DNA of 64,000 nucleotides from Neoechinorhynchus agilis (lineage: Eukaryota > Animalia > Acanthocephala): positions 5,806,784 through 5,870,783 of the forward strand of contig CM121341.1 of the NCBI GenBank assembly GCA_051530055.1. Direction: 5' to 3'. Below the pieces are notes generated by a model that saw nothing but the letters and a program-made list of their open reading frames with translations, was not told where the DNA came from and did no database searches. Both the position numbers and the translations under genes were made by a program. Shown in pieces: positions 49,081-60,846 of this stretch (position 1 is the stretch's first letter; each line of letters opens with the position of its first letter).

Positions 49081-49901
49081 ATGAATCGATTATTTGGTCA
49101 GCGGAAGTCGACGGGTAACGAGAGCACTTTGGGCGACTGTGTCTCTAACCTGGACGCACGCGCCGACACAATATCCCAGAAGATTGATAAACTCAATGCC
49201 GATTTAAAGAAACTTAGTGATCAAATATCTCGTCTACCGAGCACGAGTCCCGCAAGACAACTCCTTAGAAAGCGTGCCGCTACAATTCTGAGGCAACGTA
49301 AGCAGTATGAACAACAGTTGGAGCAACTACGGGCTCAATCGTTCAATATTGATCAACAGCGAATGATGATTGACACTGTCCGGGATTCTAAAGCAACGGT
49401 GGACGCTATGAAGGTCGGTGTAAAGCAAATGAAGAAGCAGATGAAGACCGTACGCGTAGGCTGCGAATTGTATTCACCTCTTTTAAAAATCGAGATGTTT
49501 TTAAATATCTTTAATATTAGTTCTGCTGGAAGAGTAAAATTCGAATTTGTTTCTAAGTTTGTCGTCATTTGGTGAATACAATTTGCGCTATAAACGATAT
49601 TGATCGCATTCAGGATGAGATGGAAGATTACATGTTGGAAGCGGACGATATTCAAGAAGCTCTTAGCCGCCAGCACGGTACTATGGACATCGACGAACGT
49701 GAACTTGAGGCCGAATTAGAATTGATAGCTCAGGAAATGGTGGTAGATGGAACTGGAATCGAGGAAGATAACACCACAGTGGGAGAGGAGTTAGCCAGAG
49801 CTCCTCTTGTACCTCATCGTGAACCCCAACGACGAGAGCCAAAACAACAAGTGGAATTGGACGAATTCGGTCTTCCTATCCTACCCTCATCTCACAATTA
49901 A
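49081..49901 (+). CDS. CHMP5: Charged multivesicular body protein 5 (ESCRT-III, Vps60); two exons
   Basis: MNRLFG, QSFNIDQ, TVDAMKVGVKQMKK, IQDEMED, IQEALSR, ELEAEL, DEFGLP. Confidence 0.95.
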
Positions 49902-50304
49902 AATCAGCACTTTACAATAAAGACCGTATCGTTTGATTCGTCTCCTTGACGGCAATAATGACACATTCACTGGCTGTGGGTTCGATCTTCTTTGGAGATG
50001 GATACGACGACGCTCTTACCAATTGTTAAAGCAAAAAAGACAGAAACCAACTTTACAACGCTCGCACGAACCAAATCCAGCCTGATTCCATTGTCCAAAT
50101 TCCCGCATTTACCGTACTTCTCGCAAATATTAAGAGTGCAATATAGTCTTGAGGCCGTAGTTTTGCCAAATATGAGCTGATATGGGCACTCAAATAGTTT
50201 TTTTACAGAAACCGTGGACGCAATAACGTAGAGGTCGGCATTGGTCCATCCGCCGTCCGATATGGCATGCGATCCGACATAGAATCCATCGATTCATTTG
50301 TTGG

Positions 50305-50393
50305 ATTGTCAGCTGAATTTCTCGACCGCAGGTATATATTTTTATTATGAAAAAAGAAATATATACATGCGGTCGAGAAATTCGGTTGACAAT
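50305..50393. other. 89-nt hairpin with a ~39-bp stem
   Basis: attgtcagctgaatttctcgaccgcaggtatatattttt pairs with agaaatatatacatgcggtcgagaaattcggttgacaat. Confidence 0.9.
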
Positions 50394-51149
50394 GCAAAAA
50401 ATGATAAAACATGGGGTTGAGCTAACCGATTTCGTCGGCTGAGTTTGTACATTTCGTAGTTGTGTAGAGGTGGTCTTGTGGATTTGTGATCCACAATTCG
50501 AATCCACGATTGCCGATGACGAACTACCAAAGGGGACGACTTCGATGAAGCGAACCGAAAACTCACTGATGAGTCCCGCCTTCTCCTGGTGAGGTATCTG
50601 AGGATCCGGACGGGGATGTACGAACTCTTTAACTGTTGTTCTTCACAGTTTATGTGGCCATATCACTTCTCTGATGTAAAACATATAAGATTCGATTGCC
50701 GGAAGTGCTAAAATAATTCACAGTAAAAAAAAGAAATCCATCGATTCTATGCATTCATTGTTGAGTTCGTGGCAGTCACTATAGCAGACAACTAAATGAG
50801 ATAATTTTCAGAGCAATGAACCTTCTAGGATTACAAGGTCGTTGTTTTCTGTGATATTTGTCTCAAAATATAATTAGCGTTCGTTCTTACTAATTGAATA
50901 ATAGACGATCTTACACGCGACTCCATCATGTTAAATTTGTGCACCACAAACAAGTTTTAGCTTGTAGTGGGCGTTTCTTTTGCCGTTCATGCAATCCAGG
51001 ACGGCGTAAACGTCTGTTGCTCCTCCTCTGATTTGGGTCACTTATTTCAGTTTTGATCTCTAGTTGCTTTCAGTTAAATCGATCAGAGAAATCCTTATGA
51101 GTGTTAGCGGTCGAAAAAAAGTATCTCATGAAATATTTGAGATTGCGTT

Positions 51150-51460
51150 GCTCGAATTCGGCGGGAGGTGGTGAGTGAGCGCTCGGCAGCTCGGCACTCT
51201 CTCTGCTCAAGGATCTCTCGAAGAAATTGAGAGAGGCAACCGGAGACTCAAGAGCAGGCTTATTTCTTCGACAAAATATCTCGCTGGCAGTACAACGGGG
51301 CAATGCTGCCAGCGTGATGGCGACGGTCGAGGAAGGACAAAAGCTGGAATTTGGTGGGAGGTGGTGAATGTAAAGAAAAGTCGATACTCATTATTTAAAA
51401 ACTTACAAGCAATAGCGACTGAAAAAAAAATGATTAATTGTCGAGAAATGAAGATTGATT
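51150..51460 (+). mobile_element. CRE-like RLE retroelement 3' fragment
   Basis: Closely similar to 6140-6330 (ggatctctcgaagaaattgagag...cagtacaacggggcaatgctgccag). Confidence 0.75.
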
Positions 51461-52393
51461 GAATTTCAAAAATCTACAATAAAAAAAATTGAATTTCAAC
51501 TGTCTCTCTCTGTCTAACCCACAACATCGTTTTGATTTAACGCGATTTCTCAGATTATAGAGAATCGCTCATATAAAAATTTCGCTCGCCGAAAAACTTA
51601 CGACTTCTTCATCATTCACCCAATTTTTTTTTCTAAATCTACAAGAATTATCCGTACACTCGGGTTTTTTTACATTGTTGTCCTGGCCTGAAAATTTTGT
51701 ATAATAAGTCAACGCACTCAAATGTTAAATTTCGGAAACAATTTCGTTGATCGATAATGAAGACGCTAAAGTTCTCATAAAAAAGGCGGTATCTAATTAT
51801 GGCGCACTGTCAGTTGAAGGAAAGTGAGATTTAAATAAACTTTTACCGGATGAAGAAATGCTTTAGATAAATTGCCTATTCTGTATCACACATTATTATG
51901 TCCTTGACTACGGCTTATAAAAGAGTCTTAAGGAGATATCCTTCATATACATTTCCGGCGCAAAATTTCTGTTTAAAAGTTCTATTGTTGTTTTCCAGCG
52001 TTCTTTTTCCGAAATCTTTGCCCTGTCGTGATTTATCTAAATGTTGAGACCGTATAAGAAACGGTTGGACTCCGCTGCTATAGACGATGATAACTCCAAA
52101 AAGAATGATTGGTTATGTTTTTCATGCGTACAACGAGAGCAAAATATAGGTTAGCGGGTTCATGAAGTTCCGGGCTCTTTCGACCGTTACAGCACCAGGA
52201 CGACACCTTGAGAGATTTCTTAAAAAGTTGATCTAGAAAAGGTTTATTTAGAATAGATCACTGAAGAAATAGATTGCCTGCCCCATATGACTTAGCCGAG
52301 TTCGCCTTCTGATTCACTGCAAAGGGTTTATTCCGCGTATCTAGAAACAAAATGTTACAAAAAAGGTCATTAAATTCTCGCTTTTTCGCTTAT

Positions 52394-54512
52394 TTACAAA
52401 TTACACGGATTCGTACTCACTGCCGAATCATGCCGATATACGGAAGCGACTGCATTATTTGAGATACTACGCTTGATTGAAGACCGACTTGTTTTTCGGT
52501 TATTCTGCTTCGAAGAGTATTGCATCCATAGACTCTGGATTATCTCGGTACATACGAAATCACTTGTATTGGTCGATAGCAACCGGAGCATAAAGATTCC
52601 GTCGGTTTCTAGGTAGCTGTAGATGAAATGGTCACACGAAGCCGGCGCTTTTAACTCGAACATTTTGTTTCTGTTGGCCATTAGCCGGAGACGTCGTTCA
52701 ATGTAATTGTAGCGCTTTGACGGCAGGAATCGCATAGCCCAAACTGCGATGTCGTAAACGGTCACGACAAGAACGATAATGTACCAGAACCAAATGAACG
52801 TAAAGATTTGTTGATTGAACAAATTGATCGGGAGAACGCATTGAACGGTGTATTGATGAGATATTTGTGGATGACCGGGTTCTCGGACTTTTAGGTCACA
52901 CAGTGTGACCTTGGGAAAGTACTTGCTAGAACTGTCCCATCCTTGTCCTGCTAACATCCTCTTTAAGACTTCTATGCCGAATAACTGAAACTTTTGACCC
53001 AAAAACTCACTTAGCAAGAATATTTGACATATTACATTGAGGCCAAACATACACTTCACTGAGAAATAAAGAATTATAAGATAGTTGCCTAAGAATCGAC
53101 CTGAAATGCAACTAATTAACGATATAGAGTACCGTAAACAGTTCATCGTTCTGTTCTCTGTCCACCTACAGAATCGTGATCAGGAATGCGAAATCGATTT
53201 GCGCCTTTTACCCAATATCATTTAAATTCTATATTTAACATTGTACAGTTTCTGCCTCGATAGTGATGGCAAAAAAAATGTTTATCTGACAAACCACTTT
53301 CAGGCGCCTATTATTCCTTTTTGGTTACGATATAAATAATATTGGAGCATTTCAACAACTAAAACTATCTCAAGTTCATTTAATCATGTGATTAAAACGT
53401 TTTGTGCATAATTTTCCCTCAACTGTCACGTTTTTTAAAAAGTTTCAGTTTTTCCATTAACATTTGAGAATACATAGGAAACATTTCAGCCAAAGAGTGA
53501 CCAATAATTCGTATGAAAGTAAAAAACGACATCACCGGGTTCTTTTTCTTCATTTTTGAAACTCTCAGTGTAACCAGCGAAAAGTAAACGCAAATTTTAA
53601 GTTGTTTACTAATTCCGCGCTGGATAAAAGATGTTTCATATGAACAAACTACCTCTTATCCGAGGAGGATTACTACAATTTAAGATTTGCAAATGTAGCC
53701 TATCAATAAGAGATATTCTTATTGTTGGTCTCCCTTTGTAGTTTTCAAGACCAAAGTTCCCCACCTAACTTATTAAATGTAGGGTTAAAAATAAAGTTGC
53801 CCCTTGTGGAAAAGTGTCATTTCCATATTTTAGCACTTGGTTTTTCATGTGTGCATGTAAATTAGAACTATAATCGTTGCTAACAACTATTGGAAGGTTT
53901 GTCTGGACGACAACCAAAAAAAAGAAGAAGTCTAAATCGTATGTTCGACTTGGACGAATTACCGGTGAAATACATTAACTGATCACAATTGATTCGTGGA
54001 TCATCGACGTATTGGTCAATGGTGGAGACTAGATAGTTCATGAGAGTTTTCCTCTTCTCAAACTTCTCAACGCTTTTATAACTAGCAGCCGCTTCCACTA
54101 GGTCTTTAATATCAATTCCACTTCGTCTAGATAAAGTCCTCCATGCAATGTGAGGAAGATAGAAGGAAAACGCCTGTAGAAGAAGGATGAATGGAACCCA
54201 TTGATAGTAGCGAATTTCATATTTTCGGCGTTCAATGCTATCTTTTGGTAGTTTCTGATCGACTGGAATATAATAGGTGTTCGATACCCAACAAATATCG
54301 TTGACATATTCCTCGTAGTTACGTGTGAATTGAGCAGGGACCCAACATTGGATTTGCTTGGTGCCGAATTGGCGATTCGTTACGATGATTGCAAAAATAA
54401 CAAGAATTGCAACTGTATATTTGTAGCTGAGTCTGTCGGCAAAGTCATCATCGTAGCGTTCCACTCCGAAGACTAGAGCTGGTAGTCGAGTTACTGCTCC
54501 TAGAATATCCAT
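52394..54512 (-). CDS. Innexin (gap-junction protein); two exons
   Basis: DDFADRLSYKYT, IQCWVPAQF, CWVSNTYY, YYQWVPFILLLQA, GNYL, FPKVTLCD, QCVLPINLFNQQIFTFIWFW. Confidence 0.96.
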
Positions 54513-57500
54513 CCACGAGCATAAATGTAAAGATCTAAAGTAGAGGTGGTTTTCGTGGAGTGGCAAAACCGCGATGAAGATTTCTTCACATTGCGGTTAT
54601 TCAAAATCGGAAATGGCACAGATGCATCGTCGAAGTTTTTCCCATTATTTTCTGGTTGTCCCGAAATATAAAAGTGCTTTTGTCTTAGACTGCGATACAA
54701 AAAGCAGTAGGAACCAATGTTGTCACAAGGAGCATCAGACAAATTGTATACTTACTGAGAATACCTCCCGCTCCCACCAGATCGACGGAAGCACCTTTAT
54801 CGTCGGAAATTAAATCTTGCTTTCTTAACAAATAGTAGGGACCGATAAATTGGATGATACCAATAACAGTGTAGACGCCAAGGGAACTGTCAAGGGAGAC
54901 ACTGCCACGCGTTGTCTCATAATGGAAGAGTGCCTAATGTATTAACATTTAAACGGAGCAATTTCCCTGATCTAAGAAGAAGTTGTGGTAGAAAAACAAA
55001 CTCTTGGGTGGGTAAAGGAGCCTTAAGGGAGCCAGAAGATAATCGCTTGAAAGTCAAATATTAATTATTGAGGCAATGAACAGGGAGAGTATTTAAAACG
55101 CTTCCTTCCCGTCTATTTTGTGCGTAAAAACACCAAAAAACCTCTTCGGCCGCCGAATTAGAGGTTTGGATTCGCAAATCCTTCTTTACAACCTGATCAA
55201 CCGATATGTTCATAATACCATGTGCGACGTTTCCATCAATCATAATAATATGAGAATGTCTTTCCTAGTCAAACATTCCGCCGTTCCCTGGTCGATGTGG
55301 TACTAATTTTCCCCTAGAACATCCGGAAATCGTCTATCGAAAACAATTCTCACACTTCTGTCGTCAAAAACGCTCTTCAAATACAGCAACGAGGTGGTCT
55401 TAATGAACTCATGGAAGATTTCTCAAAATTCCACGAGTTTAAACTTCCTTTTTTTTCGATGCCTAAAGTCAATTCCATTAAAGGACCTCATGAAACGGGA
55501 CGAACTAAATTCTTTGGAAAACCTATGCATCCGGTGCAAACACCAAAACTTTAAACGAAATTTATGAAGGTGTGCGCACATTCACGATTAGAAACAATTG
55601 TAAAACTTTCTTCTATTTTTTTGGTATGCATAAGTTTGTAGGCACTAAGTGCAAATGGAAGTGACAAAGAGAAATACTTTGCCACTTCAAGCACTGCCTT
55701 GAGTATGCCGTGAAAAACAGGAACGGATCATACAATCTCCGCGTTTTTTTCTGGTTCAGATGCTACTTTTTTCATTCCGTAAAATTACACCTCCATAAAA
55801 AAAGCAATCATTTTGTTTCCATTTTTCGAGAATAAGTTGTCGTTTCTTGTGACTCCTCAATGTTTTCTAGAGATAAAGTACGTTTAAACAACACAGAACT
55901 CGCCTTCAAAAGAGATTCAGGAGCGTCCTTCATCAAGAAATTGCGTTAATTAGGCACATAACTGATTTCACAGTTGAAAGGAAACTCAAAAAGTTAAATC
56001 GACTTGCTTAAACGAGACAACTGCCGTCATCCATGCACGGTGTTGGAATACTCGCAGGATTCAGGCTCGAAACAATAATGCATCTACATTTTTCGCTTCA
56101 TCGAAGGAACGGCCTTCCTCTATGGAGAGGGCTACGTTCTAAAGAGCTATAGAAAAAAGCCCAAAAATTCTGGGAACTAAAAACTTTACAAATCAATGAA
56201 ATCCAACAAGGGTCTTTTTCTAGGTAAAACAATTTCTGTTTGGACATTGTTAGGTTTGCAAGAACGAATTTAATATTCAATGGATATCTTTAGCGTCTAG
56301 TCGCCTCAAGTAACGAACTGAAATACATAACTTAAATTTGAATGTATACGTTAAAAATGGTTGCGAGACACCCCGAGAAGGAGGAGGAGGTAGTTTGTCG
56401 AGCTGCGAGTCTGCAATTACCGGAAAAGCGCAGGAAATCGTTAATCTTCCTCTTTTTTTCAAAAGAGAATTCAACTTGGAAAAGTGAAAAACCTACTTTG
56501 CATGCAGCGGATCCATAATCGGTGAACGCATATAAAATCCTTCTGAAAACTGTGTGACTAAGGCAAAAACGATTTTATAGATTCCATGAGAGATCATCAG
56601 GAAGATAATCACATAAAAACGAGCATACAATTCACTTCTAGACGCGATACAAACCTCATAACGTAACCGGTGCATATTTCTTTACACAGAATTTATCGCT
56701 TTTCCTCCGATTTGACTGAGAAGCTCAGGCATCTAGGTATTAAAGTTCTAGCCGTCTTTTAAAAGCTCCGATTCTGCGACGATGAGATCCTTTATGTGTG
56801 CTTTCATTAGAAGACGGTTCACAGACTAAAGCGGAACATGGAATAATAGTTCTTAATGATCATGGAGCGTTCTTATTATAAAAACAACGAATTCCGAATT
56901 AAAATGAAGGGAAAACATTTCCAAAAAAACCAAATCAATTATAAGACCATGAATGCTTCGGGCTCCGCGCCTAAAAAGGGGGGGAAATGTGGGTAAAAAA
57001 ACTCCACACTGGAATTCTGCTGTTCCGTTCTTTGAATTTTGAGACTTAAGTGCTGTTCTAGACAAGAGTACATAATGTATGAGCGCCGACAATTTTGAAG
57101 TTTTGCTTTGGTAACCTAATATATGTAACGCTCTAAAAATAGCCAATGAGGTGTAAATTAAAAAAAAAGCCGTTAAAATAATTGGCGATTTGTGCTCTCG
57201 CGGCTTCTCAGATAACATTATTTAAAACTTCTGTGTGGAAACCGATCGTGACAATCATTTACTGCTCTTATAACGTCGAAAATCCATCGAATCGATCACC
57301 AATCATGTGAAAAAATAGAAAATTATAAAATCTAGAAAGTTCTATCTAAACTCGAGCAGGAACAATCAACGATTTCCTCTTAAATAAGGAAAAATGAGCG
57401 GATATAAGAATCTAACACTTTCGGAAATCGAACTCGGTCATGCAAACAATCCGTCTATTCGTGAAATTCGCTCAAAGGAGTAAAACTGACGGTTTCAAAA

Positions 57501-58381
57501 AAAACACCATATATTTTTTTCTAACATTAAAACCGAAAACACTACTTATTCGTTAACACGCTTCCACTTTTTCGCTTCAATTTTTTGAAGCAAATTATTA
57601 TCAGAGTGCTATTTTAAGCCATTTTTTCTCAAGGGAAACCGGAATATTGCAGTGTTCATACAAAAAAATCGCTTGTACGTAAAAAGCGTTCATATTCGGA
57701 ATGTACCGATTAATCCATATGAATTTCCTCCAAAGTCTGAGCAGGAAACTCTAAGCGCAATTGAGTGTTCTATTCATCAAAAATGTGCTACCGGAAAGAC
57801 GACGGAATCTCGGGCGCATCCTTCACTCGACGGCAAAGTGATATCCTTTGTGGTTCGATCACATTTTGTACTGAATCAGCAGTGCCTTTAGGGTCCTTGA
57901 AATGTTGGCGTACTTGTGAGAAAGTCTCGTTTTTAATCAGTTTTAGCTTGCGACCGAAACACGAAAAAGTCTCGGTCGCTCGTATGCAACTGCCAACGAA
58001 ATGTTCCTTCAACCGTCAAAGCGGATTTCTTTCAAATGGACATCAAAAAAAAGTTTTTATTTCTAAAAAATCGAACGGTACCTGAGAATCCCCTCCATTC
58101 CGTGACTCAGATTTCTCCGTTTTTTCACATACAAGAAATGCGCTTTTACGCCTTCCTTGAACCCGGCCACTCGCGAAAAAAAGAGAGATTGCAATGTCAC
58201 ACTCGTTTACTCATCAATTTAAAAGAAACTCATCGAATCGCGAGTTCTATTAAAGACTTTCTAGAAAGCAAGTTACGAGTTCCTCGGAATTATGCGTAAC
58301 TCATCGCCTTTTGCGTATGTCTCCCTTTTCTCTTATATCTACTTTCCAACGCTTCTTGGCACAAAAGCTTTCCCTTTTAAG

Positions 58382-59470
58382 ATGTCGACGAAAATTCCAG
58401 GTCCACAAAACGGCAAAATCGTAAAGGCAATCGGATCATTTGGAGCAGATAAGCCACTCGTAAACTTGGATATCCGAAGACGTGTCCCGGATAAAGACGA
58501 TGTAGTGATCCAAGTGAACTTTTGTGGCGTTTGCCATAGTGACATTCACATGGCCAGAAACGAGTGGCTCAATACCACTTTTCCTACAGTTCCGGGCCAT
58601 GAAATAGTCGGCCTTGTTGTATCCTGCGGAGATGCCGTAACCAAGTTCAAGTCCGGAGATAAAGTTGCTGTCGGCGTATTCGTTGACAGTTGTCGCAATT
58701 GCGCTCAGTGCAAGGCAAAAAGCGAAGAATACTGCGAAACTCCCGGCGGACTCATTCTGACTTACAATACACCTTACAAAAAAGACGACTCTGAATGTAC
58801 TTTAGGTGGATACAGCGACTGTATTGTGGTTGATCAGCAATACGTTTTTCATTTACCCGATAATCTTCCAATGGATAAAGCGGCACCGTTGTTATGCGCC
58901 GGAATCACCGTTTATTCTCCTTTAAAACGAGTTGGAGTAACTAATGGAACACGAGTGGCTGTTGCTGGTCTCGGCGGACTCGGTCACATGGCAGTTAAAT
59001 TTGCAGTAGCAATGGGGGCACGAGTCGCGGTCATTAGTCGATCAGACAAAAAGAAGGAATTAGCTTTGAAAATGGGTGCATCGGAGTTCATTGTGACCGC
59101 TGATGCCAACCAAATGATTGCAAACGAACGAAAATTCGACGTTATTGTCGATACCATCAGCGCTAAACACGATTACGATGCTTATTTGAATTTACTCGAC
59201 GTTGGAGGAACAATGGCGATCGTTGGATTGCCTCCTGATATGATGGAGATTTCTCCTTTTATATTGTGCATGAAGAAGCTTAACATCACCGGATCGGTTA
59301 TTGGATCACTCGATGAGATTAAAGGAATGCTGGATTTGTGTTCGAAAAAAGGTATCACGAGTGACATTGAACTCATTAAACCTGATCAGATCAATGAGGC
59401 GTTCGATCGTGCAATCAAAGGAGACGTTCATTTTAGGTTTGTTCTTGATCTAAGTTCACTAAGGAAATAA
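58382..59470 (+). CDS. Zn/NADP-dependent alcohol dehydrogenase, cinnamyl-ADH (AdhC/YahK/ADH6-like) family, copy 1; intronless
   Basis: CGVCHSD, PGHEIVG, four-Cys structural Zn site, APLLCAGITVYSPL, GLGGLGHMAVKFA, FRFVLD. Confidence 0.95.
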   Translation: MSTKIPGPQNGKIVKAIGSFGADKPLVNLDIRRRVPDKDDVVIQVNFCGVCHSDIHMARNEWLNTTFPTVPGHEIVGLVVSCGDAVTKFKSGDKVAVGVFVDSCRNCAQCKAKSEEYCETPGGLILTYNTPYKKDDSECTLGGYSDCIVVDQQYVFHLPDNLPMDKAAPLLCAGITVYSPLKRVGVTNGTRVAVAGLGGLGHMAVKFAVAMGARVAVISRSDKKKELALKMGASEFIVTADANQMIANERKFDVIVDTISAKHDYDAYLNLLDVGGTMAIVGLPPDMMEISPFILCMKKLNITGSVIGSLDEIKGMLDLCSKKGITSDIELIKPDQINEAFDRAIKGDVHFRFVLDLSSLRK

Positions 59471-60846
59471 AGGCTCGGTAAACTAATGTGCCGTTATTAG
59501 TTTCATCGTCGATAATGTTGCCGTACTTTTTTAGATGGAGCGAGTAATATTTCATGGACTGAAATTCAAAGATTGGCACCTTACCTCAAGCGAACGTAGG
59601 TAACATATTTTGATAGAACTATGTGTTTTCATGTATAAAGTCCGTGAAAATGCAAACCCACTGAAATTGACCGTAGTTTTTCATTTCAGAAACAAAAACT
59701 TTGTGACCATTTGGCCGTTGAATACATGAGTAATCGTAAATTCGAGAAAATAACGGTGATTGCTTTACAAGTTATACTTACGCACTCACTTCATTTTTTC
59801 TGACAAATTGGAAGCTCCTTAAGAAAATACAGGAATGAAATAAGGAAAAAAAACATCACTTTTCCCCATACTTTTACAGTTCATAAAGTGTTTAATGATA
59901 AACCCTAAAAATTCGTGAACATCGAAAATACGTTATTTCTGAAGGATATTCGACAAAATTAGATCTGGTTTTTGCAGAATTTGTGTGTGTCGGGCAATCG
60001 CAATGTAATAGGGGAATTTAAAAACATTTTACTACAAAGAAAAATTAATTTCTGTTGAAATGAACTCCTCAAAACTATTTGGCCTTTAATTTGTTGCTTA
60101 CTGTTTTATCAGCTTCTTTCTATTTTTTATATATTTTTCTCTCCTAGATGAAAGTGAAGCTCAAACTGTAAATTGATTTGTTTTTGCCGAACTACACCAT
60201 GCGAACGAAAGTGTCTCCGGCTTGAAAATGCATTGATTTTCCAAGAGCGAGAGACGTCCATAGACTGTGCCGTATATTCCTTTTTCCCATGAACTTTCCA
60301 GTAACGATTACGCTAAGTTTTATTCCGCCAAAGAAATAGGCAGATTTTTTAATTACGACTTCAATTTTTAGATCCGACAAAAACATTTAAATGGTCTATG
60401 TTTCAGTTTACTTTAACTACTTTGTTCTGTGTTGCATTCCTGATTGGTGTACTTTCTTGATAGGTTTTATGATCGAAGACATAGTTTATGTTCGTAGAAA
60501 AATAATTTTGTCAGTTTTTGTGTTTGTTTGCACATCGTAATTTGCATGGAAATACCGTTCACCGCAACAATTAAATGATAAAATCCCCCCTCCATTCATT
60601 CACGTGCTTTTCAATTTTTTTCTCAGCTTACTACAATTACAAAGCTCTTCTAAATTCATTAAAATTGAAGCGCTACATTTTATTCGTCTAATATCGATCA
60701 ATATTTGAGCTTTCGCGGTTTAAAGAGTGTTTGTTTTGCTCCAAAGGTTATTGTTACGTTAAAGTTTTAAACCAATAATCACCACATTGTCCTTTGGTCC
60801 AATTATTCTCCTTTATATGGAAACTCTTTGATTTCAGACATTGACA

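Noticed and set aside
57415-57445. tRNA-like GTTCGATT box on the minus strand
   Set aside because: The T-stem does not pair and there is no cloverleaf or A-box.
55000-58300. Possible genes upstream of the innexin (ORFs 56493-56675, 56853-57218, 57788-58012) and at 45379-45811 and 62554-63021
   Set aside because: Some hydrophobic or coding-like stretches exist, but I could not assemble a consistent exon structure or recognise a family.
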